Source: Trichoplax sp. H2 (Eukaryota). Taken from it: DNA of 64,000 bases. This document shows, piece after piece, positions 41,780 through 54,700 of this stretch (positions within the stretch are counted from its first letter, which is position 1; each line of letters opens with the position of its first letter). The position numbers were made by a program, and so were the translations under genes. The DNA is taken from positions 62,001 through 126,000 of the forward strand of contig NOWV01000109.1 in the NCBI GenBank assembly GCA_003344405.1. Reading direction: 5' to 3'. A model generated the notes under the pieces. That model saw only the letters and a list, made by a program, of their open reading frames with translations. It was not told where the DNA came from and did not search any database.

Positions 41780-44700
41780 CTATTCATATTCTACATCATT
41801 CATTAGAAGTTCTGCATTTCTACTTGGAGGGCGTGGAGGGCGTTTACTACAGAAACACCATACCATTAACATACTTATACCTAAAATTGATACGGTAAAT
41901 TATTAGAATTCCCAACGAATTAGTTCACGTCGTTTTTATGCTAAGGAAGGCTTAGTGACTGGGTAAGTCTCTAACACCGTAATTATTTCCTAGATTTTAA
42001 ACAGAGCTAATTATATTCTACCTATTTACCTATCGCAATAGCACTACCAATACCGATTAATATCCATTGCAAAAGAGTCAAGCTAAGCAAGTTGTTATTT
42101 TGAGGTTTTGTAGTAGCTGGGCTTACAGAAGGAATAGTTGTAGCGGGCTTTGATGTTGCAAAAATGGGAGCGGACGGAGAAGAAATAATATCAATTTTTT
42201 CGATTACGGTAATGTTTAGGGCTGATATCTACAATAGGGAAGAAATAAAATTATAATAAATAAAAGTAACTTGTAATTCCTAAGTAAGTTGTCGCATCAT
42301 GGACATGTATAAATAAGTATGTTTTTAAGCTAGTGTATTTCAATATGAATATGTGTAGTGGATTTTTTCATGGCTATGCTTACGTGATTTCCTGGGAGTG
42401 AAAGATCTACTTTGTGATGGTTTAATTTCAATAAAATATTTGTGTAGGAAGTCATCACTTGTGTATAAGAGCCTTGCAAAGAAAACTATTCAATAATACA
42501 ATGGCAAATGTCACCATTAATAGATATTAAATTTTATATAAATCTGACAGTAATCCAACTTTTTACTTTAAAATGATACCATACACCGTATATGAATAGG
42601 AATATCATTAATAATTATTATGCTAGTCTAAATTAAATAATGATTCAGCAGTCTAGTACCAAACCATGCTTAATCATACCTCCATAACGAAGTAATCAGT
42701 ATCAGTATCATTTCCAACAAATAACAATTCAATGGTGCTAGCGACCAATGCCTATTACGATAGATGTATTTGTATCAAATTGCTTTCAGTATTATTTAGG
42801 ATACAACGATACATCGCTATAGAATGTAGAATTTCTGTGTATGCGAGTATAACAACAAACTATTTTATGAAACAGCTGGCAAATGCTAAATATTCATTCT
42901 AAAGGTAATACAAGTTTGCCAAATTATAAAAACCATCCCTTACTTGGCTGCTAATTAAAGTTTTAAATTTCTTCTTGAGTGTACTTGTATCAGACTGTTC
43001 TACTTGATTTTCGCTAAAATATAAAATCTAAAAAAGGAATTGCAATAAGATAATATGTTGAAAACTGCAGCGAGGAGATTCTGATTTATTGAATAGATTT
43101 TTGTACCTTGTATGATCTCTTAATGATTACACCGTTATCTAGAAAATTTTTTGATGTAAAACAGTCACAAAAAATCAACAAATATTAGTTATTCGTATGT
43201 ATTGATAACAAATAAAACTAATTCGTTATTACAGAAGAATAGGTTTGGTTATAAGACGTTAATTATGAAAGCGAAATTTGTTAGCGTCTTAACATTAGTT
43301 TGCACCTGTGCATTCGTCGCTATGAGGTGGTATTGAACGCCCCAAAGGACACTGATTTACACAAGTTCCATCGTTTGCCACTAATGGACCGGTGCAGGCT
43401 GTACAATAATTTGCTGTATTGCGGCAAGAAGTACATCGTGTTCTATTACAATCTAATTGCGCAAAGAATGTTCAAGAAGAGGATTGATGTGATATCATGC
43501 GTGTTTTCAGTTGCTTTCTCTGCCGTGATAATTTTGATTGGCGTATAAATATATAATATTATTACCTTGGCAGTGATATGAATTTAGCTTGCTGAATGCG
43601 CCCATTGGACATTGTTGATAACATTTTTGATTGTACTTGTAAAAATTGGGTAAACATTCTTGACATTTACTACTATTGTCTGAACACTTTATACAATAGC
43701 TCGAACAGACTAAAAAAGTAATTGCAAAGATAATTTTTAAGATTCTATCAGTTCCTTTCTGTAATTAAGACAAAAAAATTCATAATGACAACAAGGATAG
43801 AAAAAAAAATGGTAGACTAGGTGGATAGCAATCCTTCCTGATATGTACAGTATTTTCAAGAATAAGTAACTATAATTATAAAGTAAGTTACATGAGTATG
43901 TAAGATATTAATTGAGATTAACATGTGATCGTCTGTAACTCTTAATATAGCTGTGTAAGATTTTACTCTGTGAGACAGCGTAGCTTACATCATAGCCCTA
44001 AAGTTAGCTAGTGAAGTTCGCGTATCGTGATGGCATGTTGCATTATTAGTGAAAGCATATAAACACAGGTTAATGGATAAAAAGGTCAATTTTTACAAGC
44101 TACTCTCGGAGTAACTATCATAAGATAATAACACAGATACACAACACTTACTTAGCGGAGTATAGTATTGTGGAAGATAACTCCTATATCTCATGCAAGC
44201 TTGTTCGGGTGATGGACATATAACGTAACCATTGCAACCGGAAAATGTAACTTTCTCTCCAGAACGTGAGCATGTTCTTTCTACATCTGAAAATCAGAGA
44301 TTCTGTTAACTAATATATCAGGTATAAGGACATAATAGTCATGTATTGTGTAGCTACTTACTATTTACGATAACCTTTAAAGTTGCTTTTCCGCTAATCG
44401 AATTGATCTGACATTGACTTTTGAAACAATAAGGCCTGTTATTATAAGAAATGTGCAAGGAATCTTGAATTGTCCCAATGAAACATTGTGATGATATTCC
44501 ATAGTAAGGGCCACAGTTTTTAGCTATAGAGATATTTTCAAACTTTTTAGTTTTACATCATTACTGTATTGTAATATAAGCTATTTTTTATCTATTGGTA
44601 GCTACAAATACGGATACATTCGTGAAATAGGCTTAAAGATAAATAGATATTAATATGCATAATTTAAAATACAAAATTCACCGCTAGTTTTAGGCTGCCA

Positions 44701-47517
44701 ACAATCATTAGCCATAGCTGGCTCCATAATATGGCAACCATTTGAAAAAGCAGAACTCGAACAGGCGGCCTTTATTACAGTAAGAAATATTGATAAGATT
44801 TAAAATTTTTGAAAGTAAAATTTGCTTATCATAAACTTATTGCCTTGCTGTAAAAGATAGCAAGTTAAGCTATATCGATAATTTTGCCGGCACTTACAGC
44901 CGCCTGATAATCGAAGTTGCAACCGACTTTTGTTATATTGGGATTGCAAAGATATGGATAGGTTGCAGCATTGCTGCAAGGTTTGTTGACAAAGTTACAT
45001 CCAAGACCTAGTAATTAATTTATTATTAAAAATATAGTGAATTGTAAATGAATTTAACTACAAAAAGTGGATATAGTCTCCGCACCAAAATTGATAAGCA
45101 TACATAATCTATAGAATTCATTTTTACATAAGAAAGACGAATACTTGAACTTGTTAATCGATTCGCTATCGAATTATTTAATAAATTAGATATTCCTAAC
45201 CTTTCCCCCATAGTAACTTATAAGACGAAATCGCGCTAAAATTTGCTAAATACCATCCGCTATCTTGAAGAAGAGCTAAAGTAAATTCACTAATACTGAC
45301 ATCTCTAAAAAATTAATGACAATCGAATATGCGTATATTAAATTAAAGTGGTGTAATCATATTATAGTTTAAAAAACGATGTTCGTGTATTAAAAAATAT
45401 CTATATTTAGGTTGCATAAATAGTAGATTTAGCCGTTTATAGTCTACCTTCCACGTCTGGTATCAATCGCTGGTGCCATTATTTCGGTTTTTAAAATTGT
45501 CATCTCCCAATGTGATCTAATGCAAGAGAATGAATTCATCTCATTGATTAAATAAACGTAAATATACCATGACGCTAAATACGTTGAAAGAATGATTACT
45601 ATTATTGAAATTTTCTTCTAACACTTATTACCCGGCTGAACCAGAGGATCCTTCATCTTCCAGTAGAATACCTTGTAAATTAGGGCAGTTGAAATAACGT
45701 CGAGCTACTTGAAGAGCCTAGAGGGATATATTTCAATATGAGTGACAATGGATCAGTTTTTCTGCGAGATAAATGTGACTAAAAGTCTCTGATGTCGTAC
45801 AGTAGGAGAGGTAATGACTGGTCTGATCTTATTATTAATCTTAAGATTCTCCACAGCACTGTAAGTCTTTCCTTGAGAATTTCTGAAACTTTTGAAAGGA
45901 GAATTATCCACATTAATAAATACTGTATTATTAACTATCACGACCCTATTATTTATGTACAAAAATGATTCTACTTTAAATGGAAACTCTTTCGTATGAA
46001 TACTAACTGTTTAAAAAAGTTGTTTGAAAAACCTAACGAATGCAAAATTTCGTGTGTTGTAATTGATTTTATAGCATAATAGTCGGGATTTTGACCAAGA
46101 TTCTGATGTGAGAAGGAAAACAGCGACATTAAAAGAGTTATTTTCATTTTCGATCAGTTAGTGTCACTATATGTTACATTACTGCTTTGATAGTGTCGTG
46201 TTATAATTACTGCGTGCAACATTTATACACACATGTTGTACAAACGAAAGAGTGTAAATTCTGACCTTTTCACAAAAGTTTACAAAACCAGCGATTGGAC
46301 GGCCATCGTCATTTGTAATGCAGCTTGTAGAGTAAGCCAAGGTACGTCCACCAGAACATTCCGCTAAAGAAAGAAATAATTAAAATGTTAATATTGTTCT
46401 ATCAAACCCAAATTGGGTTGACATTAGGGTTTACACTATGTGGGGTAATTTATCCAATATCGGAATGTACTCGATTGCTGATAGGATCAAATAGCTTATA
46501 TTGGAGGTGAAATTATATCGTGGCCGTGATAGGTAGCAGTCATGATTTATACCAGTACATAAAATGATGATCATTAGCACTACTACAAGCAAAACGTGAA
46601 AGTTTACATATTAGTTCATTTAATAGCAAATAAATAGGGCATGACCTTTATTGGAGAGAGTCAGTAATAATCCTAGTCTGCTGTAGGGTACGTGCGTAAG
46701 TTACTTACTCGTATCAACAGCGAAAACATAGAGAACGAAATCGGCATTAGGTACACCCGGGCCATTGGCATAAGTGGAACAGCTATCCTCGGAGAATGCA
46801 TTTGTACAATAGATGGCATATTCGTGTTCTTTAGGAATGGTATATCGATTAGGACCACATATGAGGTTTCTTATCTAGCACATTTGCCTGCATTAACTCC
46901 TCTTGTGTAAGTATAAGAACAAGGGAAAAATCGAAGGTTTTTCTGTATGGGTATGACTGCTAATGCGGATTTGAAATAGTCTAGAACCTCTTTTATAACA
47001 TGATTCTTAATTAATTTCTGCGTATTTTGATTTAGTTTAAAATGCTCATTAACGAAATATGGTACTATTCGAATCGGTGAATGTTTAACACTCCGAAGCT
47101 TTCTTTGTGGGCTCACGGGAAGATTTGCTTTACTTATCTATAAAAAAGAGTGGTATTGATCGCAAAATTAAAAAAATAGCGATAGTAAGTGACCAATGCA
47201 TAAGTAATAGAAGCAGAAAAGATAGTTTTTAATGTGCTTAATCAATGAAATTCGAATTAAATTGAAGTTAAAAATAGCTATTACTAGCGCTAAACGTTGC
47301 CAATTTAAACTGTGATTAAAGTTAGTCGTTGGAGATTGTATGAACACACTTTAAACACTTTATTCAAGATTCGATGAAGGTAGTGAAAAATCTCCTATTT
47401 AATTTATTCTTGTGTTACCTTATCATGAATACAGTGATGATGAGGAGAGGAAGTTGCTGTTACTTCTTGAAAAATAGCTAGAAGAACTATTAGCAATAAT
47501 TTGATCACGGATTTCAT
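41780..47517 (-). CDS. Gene D: leishmanolysin/invadolysin-like M8 metalloprotease with two furin-like repeats, ~100 aa domain, stalk and TM; contains a 1-nt frameshift in exon 2 (recent pseudogene or sequence error); ~20 exons
   Basis: Exon 47517-47419 MKSVIKLLLIVLLAIFQEVTATSSPHHHCIHDK. 47137-46709 (frameshift ~46875). ~46363-46266 DDGRPIAGFVNFC. ~46102-46008 THEILHSLGFS (HExxH 46040-46054). ~45717-45633 ARRYFNCPNLQGILLEDEG. ~45516-45448 SHWEMTILKTEIMAPA. ~45304-45201 FTLALLQDSGWY. Cys-rich exons to ~44152. Furin-like exons 43709-43566 and ~43452-43306. ~42486-42385 FSLQGSYTQ. TM ~42228-42030 (LLQWILIGIGSAIAI) plus 41880-41780 (GISMLMVWCFC...EYE*). Confidence 0.85.
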
Positions 47518-48410
47518 GGTGGATTCTTCAACAAGTTTCACCAGCTTTAATCGCCGCCAATAGTGTAACTTAATATATAGAGTATGTTGCCTTATCTATA
47601 ATAACAATTGCAGTTAACAAGTATTACTAAAAGATCAGACTGTATGATAGCTCGGAACTTCTGCACTTATGAACTTAAATTGGAGAAGAATATTGTCGAC
47701 ATAGATAAATTAAGCGTTAATATACAATTCGATTATTTTTATCTTTCGAAAGTACCTCATACGACGGAAAAAATTTTAAGTATGATCAACCGTGACGCCC
47801 GCTGTGAATTAACCCTGTTCTCAATAGCATGCCAATTGGAAAGATTATTTAACTTAAGCAATTGACAGTTTAGCAATACGAAAGAAACCTAATTCTGTCT
47901 AATAAAGCACTACATGCAATTCTTTTTTTTAATATTTCTAACGTAATTAATTTGTCCAGAGAATTGTGAGGTTATTTGCGACTATACTAATTAACCTATC
48001 GATCTTTCTCCTTTTTATCAAGAAACGAATAATATACTGAGAAACTGCAGTATCAACGTCTAGTTCATTTACATGATAATACTTTCTTTCTACTGTACGT
48101 ACGTTACAGTGAAGTAGCTGCTTAGATTAAGCTGCGGTGTTTTACTTTACAGTACATCTATCACGTTTAGCTACGCCTTTACTTTGCATGATGTCTATTA
48201 AATAGAAAGATTGAAAAGGCGGAGCATATTGCAGTCTATTAAGCTCACAATGTACTACGTAATGCAGTCAAGAATTTTTTTTTTCAAGTAGAAATCTCAT
48301 TCCCTAGATTGCCTAAGATGATATCTTGCTTGGTTCTATCTCGAGGAAGTTCACTAATTTAATAATTATAGGAGTATCATTACCTTCAAAATGTACTCCA
48401 TATGTGTTCA

Positions 48411-48780
48411 ATCCCCCTCCTATACAGCTTACTTTATTTTTTATTTCTGGACAGAAGATACTACAATAGTTTAAATTGGAACGAAATCAATCTATTCCAT
48501 TAGTTGAGAAGTGAACTAGAAATCTATCACTAATCAAGTCTTAATATCAATATATACCGCACAAAGTACAGAACTATACCATGAGCGTGCCATATATGTT
48601 CTACAGTATCCCCCTCCTATACAACATTTATTTTTTATTTCTTGACCGAAGATACTACAATAGTTTAAATTGGAACGAAATCCATCTATTCCATTAGTTG
48701 AGAAGTGAACTAGAAATCTATCACTAATCAAGTCTTAATATCAATATATACCGCACAAAGTACAGGACTATACCATGAGC
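48411..48780. repeat. Near-identical tandem duplication (~195-bp period, 2 copies) upstream of gene D
   Basis: atccccctcctatac...gaagatactacaatagtttaaattggaacgaaatc...aaagtacag..ctataccatgagc occurs at 48411-48586 and 48608-48780. Confidence 0.93.
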
Positions 48781-50830
48781 ATCATTAGCTAAGATCATGA
48801 CCTCCTCATGATCATCAGGTGGTTTTTAGTGGCTTTCTACCATATTTCTAAAGTACAGTACAGTACGTGGCAGGCTGGTAAAGGAGGAAGGGACTGTAAT
48901 ATACTGTAGACCGCCAGCTCTTGACTACAGTACTGGACTGTACTCAACGCAGCAACAACTGCTCGGTAGTCTGTAGTGACTGTGACACAGTAAGTGGTAG
49001 TACTGTACTGTTCTTCTTCGCATTCTCGGTCTGTAGAATTTTGAAATTTTTTAGTTCAATCTGTGCTTCAATTACTGTTAACCTTTAAAGGGAGAAATAC
49101 GCATTAAAATGCAATGTATAACTTGTTTTAATGAGTCCTGAATCATTCAATTTGGGTGCCTAGTGTCTGTGGATGGATAGGGTTTAGTGAACAACTGGAT
49201 GTCTCTGTTGAGGGGCTCGATCACAATTATATTGAGGCTGTATTCTTCACGGAATGAGAATAGCTAGTCTTGAGGAAATCTAGATTATGTTGAGGCCCCA
49301 GGTAAATAAGATAGTAGATTAGTGGTGTTAGATACACCCTATTAGGTGTTATGGGCATCACAGACAATGAGTGGATAATGCATTAGATGTTACCTGTAGG
49401 AGCCATATTGAACGTTAAGTAGAGTAAGGAATAGCATAGGGGTAAGTTAAGTAGGATTTACTTAAATTGATTGAAACGGGGATTTGATAAACATGTTTGT
49501 CAATAATCCTTTCTAGGAATCAATTTATCTGAAGGGGAGGAAAGTCGATAGCTTTGAGCTAGCTTTGTGTCTAGTTGCGCTCTCTTAAGTTCTACTATTG
49601 TAATATTCAACAAGAAGATTTCAAGTAATAAACTATTTTTAACCGCAACGTTGAGGGCTTACTTCGTTGAACTTTTATCAAATCTTGTGAAATTGATATA
49701 ATAAATTTATAATTATACTATTAGTATGCCTATTGTACTTTTCAAGGATAAGCTATAACCAGTGCATTTTGGCTTTTATTGAGTCCTACAAAATCGATAT
49801 AGTAAAGCTACAGTTGAAATACTGATTGTGTTTTCTAAAATAAACTATGATGGTATATAATAAACCACTGAAACGTAAATGGAATGCCGCTGTATCTGGA
49901 ATAAAACATAGGAGATATTAAGCTATATTGACATAATATGCTATGTAATGATTTTAATTTAGGATTGTTGCAATATAGGTACAGGATGCTATCGCAAAGC
50001 GTGGGATCTTCTCCAAAAATACTAGTTATGATAACGTATAAACATTCAAAGTTACGCTAAATGATTTTTCATAAATTATGAGATAGCTTTATTATTGCTT
50101 TTTTACTGATAAAGCCACATGCCATCGCTGGTGTTTATATTTAGTTATTTAGCTATAAGCTGGTAATTTATTTAAAAAAACTCCAGCCCTATTTTTATAA
50201 GGCTATATTCAATCTTATTTCATACGTTACTAATTATGGAGGAGATCTTTCCATAAATTTAAAGTAAATAATATGTATCCTAACATTAGATCATGTGATT
50301 TACGATTCATAATAAGTCAATTACGTAATTTATAAATTAAACTTTAATGTGATTCGTTTAAGTTTTAGCTTGATTGATATTAAATTCTACAACAGCATCA
50401 AGTTTCATATAAAACACCACGTATGAGATATGATATTTGCTGCTTCTGTTTAAATCTCACAAATATGCATGAAGCATGACGAGACTTACACTGACCTAAA
50501 ATATACCGATTGACGATATTATTAAAGGATTAGCTGTAGTTAATATTTGATTATCAATACTCCAGCTCTTTATTTCAAGATAAAGACTATCAAATTTTAA
50601 GCCTTTGCAATAGTGCGACAATGTTCAACAGGCTATTTTACTTACAAAACTTGCAACGCCAACGCAAAATGGAAACTTTCAATTATTGTTAGTAGTTTAA
50701 GAATAAACGCAATTAGGGTTTACATTCAATTTTGACAGTAAAATACGGAATACTGTTTATCTATAAATAAATTTTGCCATTTATTTTGATCGATTAATTC
50801 CAGCAGATAATCGGCATAGAGTTTATTAAA

Positions 50831-51714
50831 CTACAAACTTTTTTGAATTTTATCATGACGCTGCCATATAGATAACAAAATTTTTAGAAATGGAACTTCC
50901 AACATACCTATAAATATCGCATACATTATCGGTGAAATAACGCAATTAAGAAACAAACCAAGTAATGATAAGTAATAAGCTGTATCAGATATACTAGCTA
51001 GAAATATGCCCAAGAAAACGACTATATAGTAAGGCGAGGAATACAAGCAAGTGGTACAGAAAACAGCAACATGCGCCTTTGTTATGATTATTTGTAATTG
51101 ATCGTAGGTACCATGCTTGTAGCGATGGTTAATTATGATATAAATTATGCTGGAAGCTATGCAACAAATACAGAAATTAAACAAGAAAGCAAATGAAAGC
51201 CCAGAATCAAGACGCCAGTCATGTATACAATCTTTGATAGCAAAATCGTAGACATAAATACTAAGACCGATTACCGGAGTGAAAGGAATTACGGTAGAAA
51301 TAGACCAAATAATTATTAGCAATAAAATGGCTACTCGATTAGAATAAATAGAATCTGAAGATATATTTTGTCTTAAAGAATAAAATCGAGTCAAAGATAT
51401 AATCGTTAAATTGATGGGTTGGCACGAAATTACAATACCTGTAATAAAAGCATGGATATTGCACCACACTGGACCGAATATCCATTTTTGATGAATAAGA
51501 ACAGAAATTTGAAATGGAATAATCAATGCAGCGATTAAGCAATTTCCAATGATAAAATTGATCATAAGAATATTGGTAATAGTTTTGATTTGATACATCA
51601 GAACGAATAATACCATCAGGTTAGCCATAATTGACGCTGTAACGGTAGCTATTAAAAAGATAATCTGCGTATGCCTTGCTATTATTGAAGTTGGATTCCC
51701 TGATTCGAATTGCA
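50831..51714 (-). CDS. Single-exon class-A (rhodopsin-family) GPCR 7TM coding segment (terminal exon of gene E)
   Basis: 294-aa ORF with seven hydrophobic segments. TM1 ...SIMANLMV (N1.50); ECL1 WIFGPVWC (WxFG + C3.25); TM3 end ISLTRFY (DRY-like); TM4 IIIWSIS (W4.50); ECL2 Cys; TM6 CLYSSPY; TM7 NCVISPIMYA (NPxxY-like). Confidence 0.9.
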
Positions 51715-54700
51715 CTGGATTTTGATGGGAAAATAGATTCGAATGTGCGTGTAGGAATTTTTTAATTAGTAGTTAGTTAATTGATATTAGTAGCATAAAT
51801 TTGTCACACTAACATGCATCTGACGGTATCATTCCAGTTTTGATTCGGCCAACACAGGCATGTCTTAGAGAGGGACAGATCAGATATCCATAGCAGCCAT
51901 AACCAGAAATACGAATATGTTGCTTTTCTTTCAGACACCAAAGTACCGAACCTACAAGTTAGGCATCAATAATAATTAAGATGTTTTCTCTAAAATATAG
52001 TAGTATTACCTCTAAACGATTAATCATATATTATTAGAGCAATGCATATTAAATAGCTCAAACAAAACCGATCTAATAACCTAACATATTTTCAAGATTA
52101 ATTTTAAATATTCTAAATCTATATTGGATAATAACGGTATAGCAAAAGCATTACCTGAATAGTTTAATGAAATAGCTAATCTATTGGTTACATTATCTTT
52201 AATGCAGTTGTAGTAGAAACAGCCACCCATTGGAGCCGTTTGAAATGCAGCGATAGGACTTAATGTATTGATGAAGCACTGAGAATTTGGGCTATAGGAC
52301 TGGCCACATGATCCTAAATAGTAATCAAGGGAACAAATCATGCATGACATGCTGCTGAAAACATATGCACACTAGCAGTGACTGTGTTGAAAATTGTTAA
52401 AAAAAATAATCTAGATGATTTCAGTAATTTTGTTATTTTTAAGTTGTAGAGGAAGCAATTTATGAATAGCAGCAGAATTTTATAAATTTTATTACGTTGC
52501 AGATAAAACAAAAAAGTTATATAAAGTTTATATTCATTTTGTTGCTTACCCTTGGATGATTTCGAATATTGGCACGATTTTACTGATTTATAAATATGAC
52601 AGCCGTCCAGATACGCATTTTTCGTACAGATTCCCTATTATTGATTAAGTATGATGCATCATAAAATGTTGTTATTAGAGTAATATATTTGCTACCGTTG
52701 CGAGAAAAGTAATACCAGCTAACCGTAGACTTCATATCAGGACTGCAACCATATTTTAACTTGTTAGGTTGACATGAGTAAGGATAGGTAGATTGAGTTG
52801 CACTGCAAGATGATGCTATAAATTGACACCCACGATCTAGCACACATAATAGTAAAGATACTTTATATCTATATTTTTAAGACAGAATTTTAATGAAAAG
52901 GGATTTTAGATGAAGCTTGTATAATTTCTATAAATTAAAAACTTGGTCAATCGATAATTCTTACCTTTTCCGTAGAGAAACTGATCAGCCGCACTATAGT
53001 TAGCGAAATAAAAACCCGAGTCTTCCATTGCAGCTAGAGTTATCGTACTTATAGCAACAGCGCTAGTGTTACGATATAAGGATAACATTTTATTTTATAA
53101 AATAGTATTAGACCATATGAATATTTTACTAACCTGCCCACTTCACTAGGTGGAGCTGCAGTCATAATATCTCCATGTAAAATTCTCATTTCCCAGTGTG
53201 ATCTGCAAAAAATTCGAAAGTACGTAGAACTCTATGTCAGCTAGTAGACTAACAATGTTAATACTTTTATTAATGCTGATGTTATTTAGCTACTAGTAAA
53301 CAGTTTAATTGTAATTTTTGATTTGTTTTTCTATTTCAATAACTGTGGGTCGCTTTACCCTTGATGCATTCCATCATTTTCAAGTTCCACTCCATCCAGT
53401 GCAGAGCAGTTAAAGTGCACGCGTGCCATCTTAACAACCTATTTTATTTTTTGTGTTACTGCTATTCAAAATTTCATCACACTATCTCAAAATAGGTTAA
53501 ACTTACAAAATACAAGAGGTTAATTAGCGTATAGTAATTATGTACAGATTATTCATTGCGATAATGTGATCTTTTATGAAATATGACGGAGGTAAGATCT
53601 ACGATTACAATTGATCTTATTATTGAGTTCGATACTGCCATCGGTTTCTGATCGAAAGAAAGTAATAGTCCTAGTTTAAATAAAATCTTAAAATCATGGG
53701 TTTATATCTTACTCTTGGAGAAATTAACTTTTGGATTTTTTCTCCTCTTCTATAGAAAGTTCTGATAGCATTAAATGATTTGCCATTGATATCTTTAAAG
53801 CTGTGCCAAAATTTAATAGAAATTGGATAGTTATTCTAATTTATCCGATTGCTGTGTTGGTTCAGATCCTAATAAATCTAACTACTATATGATACTACCG
53901 TCTCATATATCTATCAGAAAAGCCCAAGGCATGAAGTAATTCATGTACAGCCACATTAAGCATAGAAAATTTATTTACAGTTTCAAATGTCTAGAATTTA
54001 ATGTTATAAGTTAAAAGTTAAAAAGAAAGATCTTAGATTAATATGAATTATCGTAATAAACGAATGCAATAATAATGCCGATAGCGTAATTAGCTCTGTC
54101 ATCAGGTTTTTGGAGATAAGATTTGCCATCAATATCTATTCTAAGTTATAGTTTTCAAGTCAATTTTTTCATACCTTATGACAAAAGTTTACGTATCCTG
54201 CTAGAGGCCTACCATCATCACTTTCTACGCATGTAGAGGCAAATGCAGCTGCATATTTGCAAGCCTCTAAAAATAGTAACTTTACCGTTATTGGCATGAA
54301 AGTAGTATATAGCAGTTTTTCAATGTTGATGCTATGGCTAAATACCGGTATTACAAGCAGACCTAAAACTGTAACGCTAACAGTACAGTATAAAATAATG
54401 ATACAAAAAAATCAAGACCCTGCCTACCTACTTCTTTGGCGAAAATATACCATATATAGTCAGTATTGGCTAAACCATGATGATGAGTCCCCATGGTAAA
54501 GCAAGTAGTAATATCATCAGAATCGGGGCATATTTCAGTTAGGTCTGTATGATCAGCTGGGATAGTAAATTTTGCAAAAGTACCACATGGCAGTGGATCA
54601 ATCATAGCGCATTTGCCTTTATTTTTTCCTATTTGATGGCGAACTAAGCATGATTGCAATTTTAAGTACCGAAGCGGCAATGTGCTAGATAATATTGAGC

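Noticed and set aside
50900-50990. GPCR as an opsin
   Set aside because: ECL2 CxxDW is opsin-like, but there is no Schiff-base lysine in TM7.
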